Assembly (NCBI GenBank): GCA_036339735.1
Contig: JAYZAL010000011.1
Span: forward strand, 1-64,000
Direction: 5' to 3'
DNA: 64,000 bases
DNA from: Candidatus Poribacteria bacterium
Lineage (GTDB): Bacteria > Poribacteria > WGA-4E > UBA9662
This document shows, piece after piece, positions 42,729 through 52,027 of the stretch. Under the pieces are notes generated by a model. That model was not told the origin of the DNA. It was given only the letters and a program-made list of their open reading frames with translations, and did not search any database. The translations under genes were made by a program, and so were the position numbers. Position 1 is the stretch's first letter; the number at the start of each line of letters is the position of its first letter.

Positions 42729-44444
42729 CTATTTAGTTTTTTTTTGAACCTTCGCCCAAGTATCTCGCAAGGAAACGGATCGATTGAAGACTAGTTTTTG
42801 ATCAGTTGAATCTTGATCAATACAAAAGTATCCCTGTCTAAGGAATTGGTAAGAATCACCAGGCTGGCCTCCTGCTAGACTGGGTTCTACCAAACAATCA
42901 GTTAACAGTTCAACTGAATTAGGATTTAGAGAATCTTTATAGTCTTGATCTGCTTCAACTTGGTTGGGGTTCTCCTTTGAAAACAACCTATCATACAAAC
43001 GGATTTCGGCAGGTATTGCATGTTTCGCTGATACCCAATGTAGTGTTCCTTTGACTTTTCGTCCGTCTTTAGACCAACCTCCTTTGGTCTCAGGGTCGTA
43101 AGTGCAGATGATCTCTACAATCTCACCGGTTTCATGATCTTTAACTACATCCTTACAAGTTACATAGTAAGCATGCATCAGACGAACCTCCTGACCTGGA
43201 GATAAACGAAAAAATTTTCTGGGAGGATTTTCCATAAAGTCATCTTGTTCGATGTATAATTGCTTAGAAAATGGGATCTTCCGTTTTCCTTTGTTATTAT
43301 CCTCCTGATTATTTACAGCTTCTAGCTCCTCATTTTGGTCATCTGGATAATTTTCAATAACTAATTTCAAGGGCTTCAAGACAGCCATCACTCGATTAGC
43401 CTTCTTATTTAAATCTTGACGTAGACAATGTTCTAAAAGTGAAATATCAACCAGATTATCACTTTTGGCAATACCTGTGCGGCTACAGAAATCACGGATA
43501 GATTCTGGTGTATACCCTCGCCTACGCAAGCCCGATAAAGTTGGCAAACGTGGATCATCCCAGCCAGTGACCCATTTTTCCTCTACTAATTGTGATAATT
43601 TTCTTTTACTCATCACCGTATAGCTGAGGTTGAGACGAGCAAACTCGATCTGCTGCGGACGGTAAATATCCAGTTTCTCCAAATACCATTCATACAACGG
43701 ACGGTGATTTTCAAACTCTAATGAGCAGAGAGAATGTGTAATCCTCTCAATGGAATCAGATTGTCCATGTGTGAAATCGTAAGTTGGATAAATACACCAA
43801 GCATCGCCTAGCCGATAATGGTGGGCTCTCAAAATACGGTACATTACTGGATCTCGAAGATTCATATTGGGTGATGACATGTCAATCTTTGCACGAAGAG
43901 TTCTGGACCCATCCTCAAATTCACCAGCACGCATTCTTTCAAACAAATCCAGATTTTCTTCGGCTGATCGGTTTCTATATGGACTCTCACGACCCGGTTC
44001 GGTCCAAATACCCCTGTATTGGCTAGTTTCCACTGGGCTTAAGTCGCAAACGTATGCTTCGTTGTTTTGAACGAGCTGGATTGCATATTGATATAGTTGC
44101 TCAAAATAGTCTGAGGCATAAAATTCGCGATCTTGCCAGTCGAAGCCCAGCCATCTGACATCTTTTTTGATTGCCTCAACATATTCAGTACTTTCACCAA
44201 CTGGATCTGTATCATCAAACCGCAGATTATACAAACCACCATAGTCATTAGCGATTCCAAAACTGATCGTGATAGCTTTAGCATGCCCAATGTGCAAATA
44301 ACCATTTGGTTCTGGTGGAAATCGTGTGTGAACTCGCCCTTGATGCTTATCATTAGCCAAGTCGCTTTCGATGATCTGTCGAATGAAATCAGTCGACCTT
44401 TCTACCATCGATTTCTCTTGGTTAGTTATTGATTGGTAATCCAT
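42729..44444 (-). CDS. glnS: Glutamine--tRNA ligase
   Basis: [36 protein letters not shown]. Confidence 0.97.
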   Translation of the reverse strand: MDYQSITNQEKSMVERSTDFIRQIIESDLANDKHQGRVHTRFPPEPNGYLHIGHAKAITISFGIANDYGGLYNLRFDDTDPVGESTEYVEAIKKDVRWLGFDWQDREFYASDYFEQLYQYAIQLVQNNEAYVCDLSPVETSQYRGIWTEPGRESPYRNRSAEENLDLFERMRAGEFEDGSRTLRAKIDMSSPNMNLRDPVMYRILRAHHYRLGDAWCIYPTYDFTHGQSDSIERITHSLCSLEFENHRPLYEWYLEKLDIYRPQQIEFARLNLSYTVMSKRKLSQLVEEKWVTGWDDPRLPTLSGLRRRGYTPESIRDFCSRTGIAKSDNLVDISLLEHCLRQDLNKKANRVMAVLKPLKLVIENYPDDQNEELEAVNNQEDNNKGKRKIPFSKQLYIEQDDFMENPPRKFFRLSPGQEVRLMHAYYVTCKDVVKDHETGEIVEIICTYDPETKGGWSKDGRKVKGTLHWVSAKHAIPAEIRLYDRLFSKENPNQVEADQDYKDSLNPNSVELLTDCLVEPSLAGGQPGDSYQFLRQGYFCIDQDSTDQKLVFNRSVSLRDTWAKVQKKTK

Positions 44445-44461
44445 AATTTATTCCTTTCTGA

Positions 44462-45415
44462 TCAGTTCTCGAAGATCAAAATTTGTCGACCGTCTTCGGT
44501 TTCATAATGGGACTTTTGTTTGAAATCTGTTTGCTCCAAAACAGCAATACGTTCATAGTCCTCATAACCAGTCTCACAAATGACTCTAGCATCAGGTGGA
44601 AATTCCATTTCGGTTATTAATTTAGGTGTCTGAGACCAAAAACTGGGATGAGAAAATAAATCCAAGTATGCTTTTTCATTGTTACTAACATCCAAATGGG
44701 CAAATGCTACGATGGCCCCGTTTCCCGTTTTTAAAAGTAACGATTTATAATGGTCTGGTTTTATCTGCAAATTGTGTTTTAGGCGTAAAAATCCACTTTC
44801 AAAATTAGTTGGGCCTTTGATATCGTAGATCGTGCTTCTGAAATACGTGCCATCGACTATACCCATCAGTGCTGTGAGATTACTCCAATCTTTCCACTCA
44901 ACTTTTTTTACATTGGATTCTGAAAAGAAAAAGTGTTTTGTTTCGGAGTCAATATGCGCACTATACTTCATAAAACCTGACTCAGGGTAGACGCTACGAA
45001 AACCAAAGTAATGATAGATCCAGTAAGGCGCTGAGTCATAGCCTGTCCCCAAGTAGAGCATACGACCACTTCGGCTTACAAAATCCTCCATTTGATAGGT
45101 CATTATTCCCTTACAAGCCCCTTTTCGCCGTTGATCTGGCAAAGTGAAAACGTGCCCCAAGATGCCTATTCCCTCAAATTCAGTGGTCATGATATTGCTG
45201 ATAATTTGACCATTCAGTTTACCAATGTAGAATCGAGTTTCTAATTGATCGAGTGTTTTTTGTAAACATTGGTCAATATGCCACTTGTAGTGATCTGGTT
45301 TATGACCAAGGAATTCGCCCAACTCGTCCGCATAGTCAAGATCCGGAGTCGTAACTACGCCAACTTCCATTAATTCGCCTGATTTAAGAGTAGTTTCGCC
45401 CAGTTTTTTGTACAT
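44462..45415 (-). CDS. GNAT family N-acetyltransferase
   Basis: VFTLPDQRRKGAC motif A; LYLGT..IYHYFGF motif B. Confidence 0.8.
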   Translation of the reverse strand: MYKKLGETTLKSGELMEVGVVTTPDLDYADELGEFLGHKPDHYKWHIDQCLQKTLDQLETRFYIGKLNGQIISNIMTTEFEGIGILGHVFTLPDQRRKGACKGIMTYQMEDFVSRSGRMLYLGTGYDSAPYWIYHYFGFRSVYPESGFMKYSAHIDSETKHFFFSESNVKKVEWKDWSNLTALMGIVDGTYFRSTIYDIKGPTNFESGFLRLKHNLQIKPDHYKSLLLKTGNGAIVAFAHLDVSNNEKAYLDLFSHPSFWSQTPKLITEMEFPPDARVICETGYEDYERIAVLEQTDFKQKSHYETEDGRQILIFEN

Positions 45416-45450
45416 CTGCTTTTGTTCTCTTTTCTTAGGTTTTGTTTAGT

Positions 45451-46416
45451 TTAGTCTCGCCAAACAGAATATATCTTACTACCAGATTGTTGCAAAATTG
45501 ATTTAACTGGTTGTAAAAAACGGTTGTCAACCAAATAGGTCTGGGTCGACAAGCTATTACCAACAGCGACGAAATCTCCCTTTGCTCTACCAATCCTCAG
45601 GTTGACGACTGCTTCGTTTGCTACAAAAAACTCAATCTGAAGCGAAATTTCTTCTAACGGCAGTTCTAACTCTTGTTCAATTTTGATTGCATCAATCCCA
45701 AAGAGTAAGTCATCCACTTCTTTTGTCGAAATTGGGATTAATTTGGGTCGCGTCATTTGCCACCCCCCATCCGTTTTTTGACAAATGACTTTGTCTTTGT
45801 CTTTACTGAATTCAATTCGGTTACATGCAATACGTTGAAAATCCAGCAGGCGTTTTTTTGTTTGATCTGCTATTGATTTGCCTCCCAACCGTCGAAATTG
45901 AGAGAGAGGACTATTCAGATCTTGTAAAAGACTAGATTCAACGAGAAAGACAGTTGTTTCTTCTTCAACCTTTAGATATACGGAGTAATCGGCAGCTTTC
46001 ATACCAACGGAAAAGATGATTGGATGAGGAGAATCAGTCCATATTCTTACCTGTGCTTGAGGCGGTTGTAATTGATATTCAAACAGATCAACTATATCCA
46101 ACTCTCGCTTGATTTGTTTTCCCAAAAAATCGGTTAATAACTGGTTAACGGAGTCAGATTTTGCGGGAGCTGGTGAGATACTCATTTCTGAAGATACAAC
46201 CCAACCATCTTCAATTTGAGCCAAACTATAATCTTCAAAATCCGACTTAGGGCTGGTCACCTCAATCTTACGCACAGTGCTGTGTGATAAACGATATCTT
46301 TCGCCTATCGTTTGGGAAGTGAAAACAATTTCCTGTTTTTGAGGCTCAAGCCGAAAATAAATCAGAATGGCCAAAGCAAAAGCGAGAAAAACTGATAAGG
46401 TAGTTTTAAAGCTCAC
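45451..46416 (-). CDS. DUF4340-like membrane-anchored protein
   Basis: N-terminal TM; two repeats of GW..P...V..LL followed by YQLQPP / LRIG..VY. Confidence 0.7.
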   Translation of the reverse strand: MSFKTTLSVFLAFALAILIYFRLEPQKQEIVFTSQTIGERYRLSHSTVRKIEVTSPKSDFEDYSLAQIEDGWVVSSEMSISPAPAKSDSVNQLLTDFLGKQIKRELDIVDLFEYQLQPPQAQVRIWTDSPHPIIFSVGMKAADYSVYLKVEEETTVFLVESSLLQDLNSPLSQFRRLGGKSIADQTKKRLLDFQRIACNRIEFSKDKDKVICQKTDGGWQMTRPKLIPISTKEVDDLLFGIDAIKIEQELELPLEEISLQIEFFVANEAVVNLRIGRAKGDFVAVGNSLSTQTYLVDNRFLQPVKSILQQSGSKIYSVWRD

Positions 46417-46667
46417 TTGTGATTATAAATTATTTTTCAGTGTTCAATGTAGTCAAAGCAGAAAATAACAAAAGAACTTACATGAAGAGGTCGTTCATTG
46501 AAGTACTACTTGTCTGGGAAACTGTCTATTTTCCATACAGTACCCGCGGGGTACTGTAATACGTAACTCTTTAATTCTCAATTCGACCGACCTTGACGTT
46601 GATCACATGAAAATCACACAAATGGAGTTGAGTCATAGTAGATTCCACCTTCAATAAATTTTGAGAG

Positions 46668-47633
46668 CTATCTTTGTGAGCTAAAAAAATCAACCAAATC
46701 AGTTCCGTGTGTTTTGGTGTTCAATTGTTTTTCGATTTTCAAAATTCTCCCCTGCATATCAATGTATACAGCCATTCGTTCGCTAGTCCTACTAGACGCT
46801 TCGTCTGCTGCCCCAAATAACAAGCTCAGATTCCTATCCACATCAACCAACAGTGGAAAATTAAGTCCATCACGGTCAACAAAGCGCCTGTGTGATTCGG
46901 CATCCTGCACCGAAACACCAAACACTTGGATCTCCAAATCATTAATTTGACTCATCTCATCCCGGAGAGAGCAAACCTGCGCCGTTCAGCCAGGAGTCAT
47001 ATCCATAGGATAAAAAGACAAAACCACATTTCGCTTATTTCTAAAATCCCTGAGCCGGTAACCTTTACCATTTTCATCGTAAGCTACGAAATCAGGAGCT
47101 AGGTGGCCAACATTTATCTCATAGCTAGTCATGGACTGGATTGTTTCCAGTACTTCTGTTCCATGTTGTGGAATATTGACATTGTTATTGATAGAGCGAA
47201 CATACCCAGCTCTATCAACAACAAAGGTAGTCCGACTCGACTTTTGTTTGTCAGCTGATATACTGGAATATAATCGAGACACAACCAAATCATTATCAGA
47301 TAGAAGAGGAAACCCAAATCGATATTGCTCCTGAAATTCATAATGAGATTCTTGACTATCACCACTAATACCGTAAACCATGGTTCCTGTTGCTTCAATT
47401 TTTGTCAACTCGTCACGGAGAGACTCGAGTTCAGAAGTTCAACCACCAGTAAAATCTTTAGGGTAAAAAGCTAACACCACGTTCCGTTTTCCCCAGTGCT
47501 GGCTGAGGCTCTGTTTGTTACCAGACCCGTCCTTTAATTGAAAATCAGGCGCAACCATTCCAACGACAACTTCTCCTCCCGCTGTGGGGGAAAGAAGTGT
47601 ATCTCGTCTCTGAGTAACCATCTCTTCTGTCAT
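46668..47633 (-). CDS. Tandem two-domain BCP/PrxQ peroxiredoxin selenoprotein (321 aa, predicted Sec65 and Sec216)
   Basis: Track ORFs 47439-47786, 46986-47408 and 46668-46955 share one frame, separated only by TGA at 47441-47439 and 46988-46986: FYPKDFTGG-U-TSELESLRD and FYPMDMTPG-U-TAQVCSLRD. ATG 47633 has AAGGAG RBS; ends at TAG. Confidence 0.9.
46955..46970 (-). promoter_or_regulatory. Candidate SECIS for second peroxiredoxin UGA
   Basis: TCTC-TC-CGG-GA-T-GAGA bulged hairpin beginning 16 nt after UGA, G-containing loop. Confidence 0.55.
47407..47431 (-). promoter_or_regulatory. Candidate SECIS for first peroxiredoxin UGA
   Basis: CTC-TC-CGT-GA-C-GAG at the same offset as the second site; alternative longer pairing AACTC/GAGTT plus GTC/GAC. 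Confidence 0.5.
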
Positions 47634-47737
47634 TTCAAGCTCCTTTTTTATTAGCTGAATTTTGTCAGCTTCGGAAGTTGATAGAAAAAAAGTAACTAGT
47701 AGAGCATACTTAATACTAATCTTAAAACCTAATGAGA

Positions 47738-47754
47738 TAGAACCACCGGTTCTA
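47738..47754 (-). promoter_or_regulatory. Candidate SECIS for FmdB-like gene
   Basis: Perfect TAGAACC-GGT-GGTTCTA hairpin starting 13 nt after TGA 47769-47767. Confidence 0.65.
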
Positions 47755-47973
47755 GTTTGGAATGGTTCAGCCGACAGGGGTAGCACAGTTGGTTCCCCCT
47801 GAGCTTAGTGAATTGGTAGTTTGACCACAGAAGGTTGAAAGTATCTTTTTGGGGTTAATTGCCCCACACTGAGGGCATTCTAATTTAGCAATTTCCTCAG
47901 TCGTAACATTCATAGGTTGCAATAATTCAAACCGGTCTTGACACTGACTGCATTGATACTCGTAAAGTGGCAT
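47752..47973 (-). CDS. FmdB-family zinc-ribbon protein, probable selenoprotein (73 aa if UGA69 is Sec, otherwise 68 aa)
   Basis: MPLYEYQCSQC..FE..CPQCG..KKILSTF; tail GGTNCATPVG-TGA-TIPN-TAG. Confidence 0.8.
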
Positions 47974-48024
47974 TTTCTTTCTTACTTCCTTATGATATAA
48001 TTCACCCTTGTAGGAGCGGTGGTT

Positions 48025-48054
48025 ATTATAAAGAGAAAGCCACATATATTGCAA
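48025..48054 (-). promoter_or_regulatory. Sigma70-type promoter for the FmdB-peroxiredoxin operon
   Basis: Minus strand TTGCAA-18 nt-TATAAT, about 50 nt upstream of ATG 47973. Confidence 0.6.
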
Positions 48055-48080
48055 AAAAAAGACCAAACAGGAATTAGCCT

Positions 48081-50195
48081 TTGATTAGTTGGTGTTGGCT
48101 ATCGTTTCTTCTGTTTTTTGGGTCGTTTTTTTTGGAATCGAATTCCTCATTGGCAGCTCCCCCCAATCCCTATTTTTTCCTTTCTCATCAATCAGGAAGT
48201 CCCGTCGAGTATTCATCCGATTGGCTTAATCAGGCACCTAAGTTATCATCACACAAGCAGTACTTATCAGCTCTTGATGGATGTTGTTTTCAACGACCTA
48301 CTACGGTTTTGCAACCTGACGGTGTAGAGTTCGTGCTAGCAATTAAAATCGACTTCTCTGACCAGGTGGGATCTCGCCGTGGAAACCAGCTCAACGGATA
48401 CTTATTTGATGACCAAGGAGTTTCTCTAAAAACCTACTACAGAGAAGTATCTTATGGCCAAATGGATGTTCAGCCAGGACCGGCCGAGGGTATAATGCCG
48501 AAAAAAGACCGTTGGGTTCGTGCGAAACACCCAATGTCATACTACGGAGATGGTAAGCATAACGTCGCTCGCTACCGAGAATTAGTACGAGAAGCTTGCC
48601 AAGGCATTGATAAAGAAATTAATTTCGTTGACTATGATCGAAACAAAGATGGAATTATTGACCATTTGTTCATCGTTCACGCTGGAGATGATGAGGCTTC
48701 GACATTTACGGGTACATTTGGACCAAATATATGGTCGGTTTTAGTTCCTAACATCAATACCACCTTTGATGGGGTGAAAATAGATACGGCTGTCTTGGTT
48801 GCTGAAGAACCAAGTTTTAAACATCCCCATTTAGGCATCTATTTTCATGAATTTTTTCACGATTTTGGAGCTCCCGACGTGTATGGTTCACCAATGATCG
48901 ACGCTCGAGATCACAAGTGGGGTTTAATGGGCATGTATGGTCCTTACCAAGGAAATATAACTAATGGTCTTGGGGACGGAATGAATCCCAGCCATATAAT
49001 TGGGTATTTGAAATGGGATTTTGACGCCAGACCAGAAAACGGACGAAAAGGATGGTTGAAACCAACAACGATCACTGAAGATATACTGAATTATTCATTG
49101 CCATGTATCGAATTGAACCCATCTTTACTTAAGATTAAAATTTTGGATCGGCCAGACGAATTTTTTCTGCTAGAGAATCGCCATACCAGATCGGGAGCTA
49201 GATTTGATCGGTATCTGCCTGAGTCCGGACTTCTAATTTGGCATATTGATGAAAGTAAGGTGCGTTCGGCTTACGCTGTTGATGCAGCGCAGCAGATATG
49301 GTTAGAGGATCCAAACGACCCCAACCATATGGGCCAAAGCCCAACTGATCCGAGTCAGAGAAATATGAGTTATATTTCCGACGGTGCGGCGTATTCGGCA
49401 GATGACGAACAAACATCCTTCATGCAATCAACCAACCCGAGCAGTCAGGCTAATGATGGAACACCAACGGGTATTTCAATCACTAACATCAGTCGAGAAG
49501 GTACTATCATGTCGATGAATTTCGCGACAGGAGATACTTACGAGCCTAATAATAATTTTTCTACCGCTTTCCCATTGGAAATTGGGCAGTCATATCCATC
49601 CTTCATTTTTTCATCTAGTGATATTGATTATTACCGTTTTCAGCCGATTGATTCAGCTACTTTACTCTTTCAATTGACAGATATTCCTGAGAATCATAAT
49701 TATCGGTTACAGATTTATGATCAGAACCAAATCTTAATTGCCGAAGGAATAGACCCAGGAGCCTCTTTTTCAGCCAGCCGTCAAGTTGCATATCAAGCAA
49801 AAGCAGGACAAATCCTATATTTGGCTATTCGATCAGAATCGGGATTCAGTCAGCAATTAGCTTATCAAGTCAGTATTCAAAAACTAGTTGGTCAAGTCGG
49901 ACTACTGAATATTGCTAGAATGAAGATCTTCCCCAATCCGGTCTATCTTGGTCGAACCTTGACTTTATCCTATACAATCTCGGATTTTCAGACTGCTGAT
50001 CAGTTAATTTGGGAAATATACACTATGGGCGGGGACTTAATTCACACAGACTTAGAAACCGAAGTAGTGGGTTCTGGCCGTTTTATTTGGGCTGTTAACG
50101 ACACTGCAGCGGGTGTCTATATTCATTCGCTAGTTGCACAAAGAAATGGTGAATCTCATCAAATCAGTGGTAAAATCGCGGTCGTGGGCAACTAG
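48081..50195 (+). CDS. Secreted M6 (immune inhibitor A-like) metalloprotease with PPC-like and C-terminal sorting-like domains
   Basis: YYREVSYG, YDRNKDGIID..VHAG, HEFFHDFGAPD, FLLENR, GLLIWHIDE, DTYEPNN, IFPNP..GVY..GKIAVV. Confidence 0.88.
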   Translation: MISWCWLSFLLFFGSFFLESNSSLAAPPNPYFFLSHQSGSPVEYSSDWLNQAPKLSSHKQYLSALDGCCFQRPTTVLQPDGVEFVLAIKIDFSDQVGSRRGNQLNGYLFDDQGVSLKTYYREVSYGQMDVQPGPAEGIMPKKDRWVRAKHPMSYYGDGKHNVARYRELVREACQGIDKEINFVDYDRNKDGIIDHLFIVHAGDDEASTFTGTFGPNIWSVLVPNINTTFDGVKIDTAVLVAEEPSFKHPHLGIYFHEFFHDFGAPDVYGSPMIDARDHKWGLMGMYGPYQGNITNGLGDGMNPSHIIGYLKWDFDARPENGRKGWLKPTTITEDILNYSLPCIELNPSLLKIKILDRPDEFFLLENRHTRSGARFDRYLPESGLLIWHIDESKVRSAYAVDAAQQIWLEDPNDPNHMGQSPTDPSQRNMSYISDGAAYSADDEQTSFMQSTNPSSQANDGTPTGISITNISREGTIMSMNFATGDTYEPNNNFSTAFPLEIGQSYPSFIFSSSDIDYYRFQPIDSATLLFQLTDIPENHNYRLQIYDQNQILIAEGIDPGASFSASRQVAYQAKAGQILYLAIRSESGFSQQLAYQVSIQKLVGQVGLLNIARMKIFPNPVYLGRTLTLSYTISDFQTADQLIWEIYTMGGDLIHTDLETEVVGSGRFIWAVNDTAAGVYIHSLVAQRNGESHQISGKIAVVGN

Positions 50196-51013
50196 ATGAT
50201 CAGTTTTATCCGTTCTTGATCAGACCGAGAAAAACGGCTGAATATAGTTTGTTGAATAGTTGTAGTATCATAACGACGGGACAAGTGGGTTAACACCACA
50301 TTTCGACTTTTAATTTTCGGCATTATCTCGACTATTTGATCCAGATGTAAGTGCATGGTGTCGCTAGCCTTTTTTCGATCCTCAGGAAGGATAAATGTAC
50401 ACTCAGAAATCAAAGTTGGAGACTCAGCTAGAAGTGGGTGGTCATTCATCGGAATAGTGTTGGTATCACCTAAGTAAGCAACCTTAGGGAGCTCAACTTG
50501 ATGAGTCACTGTAACACCAGATTTTTTTAGGGAGGCAATTTCTGAACCCCTAAGTTGATGGAACTCGGGTTTTAGCTTTTTTCTCACTTCACAAATCAAA
50601 TAACCAACTGATGTTACCCGGTGAGTTAATGGTAAAACATAAGCGACCAAATTGTTTCGGAACTCAATTCGGTCATTGGGTTTGACAGGTATGAGTTCGT
50701 ATGTCCAAAGGCTGTTACAGTCTAACTTAGAAATCTGGTCTAAAATTTGGCTAATTTGTTGCAAGCCATCGGCTGGGACGAAAATTTTCCCTGGTGAAAT
50801 ACCGGCCATCCAACGTTGACTGATATAAATGGGTAAACCAAAATAGTGGTCTAAGTGAAAGTGAGAGATAAAGACATGGTTGGTACCAATAAAAGAAATT
50901 GGGCAACGTCCTAAATCGAAAATGAGATCAAGTTCTCCTATACGAAAGTAAGTAGAGATACCTGAGAGCGATTGGCCCTCAATAGTCAGGTCGTCACATT
51001 TCAATTCAAGCAT
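50192..51013 (-). CDS. Metallo-beta-lactamase fold nuclease, tRNase Z-like (TM-type motifs)
   Basis: EGQSLSG, SHFHLDH, THRV, KLKPEF, GDT, ECT, HLH, THLSRRY. Confidence 0.8.
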   Translation of the reverse strand: MLELKCDDLTIEGQSLSGISTYFRIGELDLIFDLGRCPISFIGTNHVFISHFHLDHYFGLPIYISQRWMAGISPGKIFVPADGLQQISQILDQISKLDCNSLWTYELIPVKPNDRIEFRNNLVAYVLPLTHRVTSVGYLICEVRKKLKPEFHQLRGSEIASLKKSGVTVTHQVELPKVAYLGDTNTIPMNDHPLLAESPTLISECTFILPEDRKKASDTMHLHLDQIVEIMPKIKSRNVVLTHLSRRYDTTTIQQTIFSRFSRSDQERIKLII

Positions 51014-51121
51014 ATAAACAACTAGCTGGATAAGGTTCATAATGATACATTAGCCTGAATTGGATTGTACATGTATTTTTAGAGAGGTTTGTAACAGTAA
51101 CAAGTTTTTGGAGTATAAAAG

Positions 51122-51982
51122 ATGGAAGCAAAAGTAGGAATTATTGGAGGCTCGGGTTTTTACCAAATGGATGGTCTGAATGAGTTAAGGATGATAGAGA
51201 TTGAAACGCCTTTTGGTTCACCTAGCCACGCGGTTGTGGTCGGAAAAATCGATGGGCAGTCAGTCGCGTTTCTTCCTCGGCATGGGGTTGGACACCCACT
51301 TCTCCCTTCGGAAATCAATGTTCGAGCTAACATTTATGCGTTAAAAAGTTTAGGCGTAGAATGGTTGATTGGTGTTAGTGCTGTTGGTAGTTTACGAGAG
51401 GAAATCGAGCCACGTCATTTTGTGGTACCAGACCAATTGTACGATCATACCAAAAACCGTACATCAACATTTTTTGGGGATGGTATCGTAGCTCACGTTG
51501 GTTTCGCTGATCCATTTTGTCCAATTTTGGGTCAATGTATTTACCAAAGCGCTAAAAAAGTTGGTGCAACCATACACTCTGGGGGGACTTATATTTGCAT
51601 GGAAGGACCCGCTTTTTCAACGTTAGCCGAATCAAACCTATACCGTAAATTCGGTTTCGATGTAATTGGAATGACCGCAGCCCCAGAAGCAAAACTAGCT
51701 AGAGAAGCTGAGATAAGCTACGCGGTATTGGCTTGCTCCACTGACTATGATTGCTGGCATGAGGATCACGAAACAGTAACAACTGAAATGATAATCGAAA
51801 ATCTGTTAGCTAACGTTGAAACGGCTAAGCAAATTGTGCGTTCAGCTATTCAGAATTTACCGTTGGACCGATCAATGAGTCCTGCTTATAAAGCATTGGA
51901 AAAGTCAATCGCCACAAATCCAAATGTAATCCCGGAAGAAGCAAAACAAAAATTAGAATTATTGATCGGTAAGTACCTTTGA
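51122..51982 (+). CDS. mtnP: S-methyl-5'-thioadenosine phosphorylase
   Basis: GIIGGSG, PRHG, SAVGSL, MEGPAFST, GMT, TDYDCW. Confidence 0.95.
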   Translation: MEAKVGIIGGSGFYQMDGLNELRMIEIETPFGSPSHAVVVGKIDGQSVAFLPRHGVGHPLLPSEINVRANIYALKSLGVEWLIGVSAVGSLREEIEPRHFVVPDQLYDHTKNRTSTFFGDGIVAHVGFADPFCPILGQCIYQSAKKVGATIHSGGTYICMEGPAFSTLAESNLYRKFGFDVIGMTAAPEAKLAREAEISYAVLACSTDYDCWHEDHETVTTEMIIENLLANVETAKQIVRSAIQNLPLDRSMSPAYKALEKSIATNPNVIPEEAKQKLELLIGKYL

Positions 51983-52027
51983 CTTTATTACCTTGGCCTA
52001 TAGGGCTAATCAAAATTTAGGTCTTTT

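Noticed and set aside
46668-47786. Peroxiredoxin pseudogene or three separate small genes
   Set aside because: Both stops are TGA at exactly the catalytic Cys codon with the frame preserved and intact downstream motifs; two independent nonsense mutations there are implausible.
47634-47786. N-terminal 51-aa extension of the peroxiredoxin in the ORF track
   Set aside because: Overlaps the FmdB tail and SECIS-like hairpin; ATG 47633 has a clear RBS and is the more plausible start.
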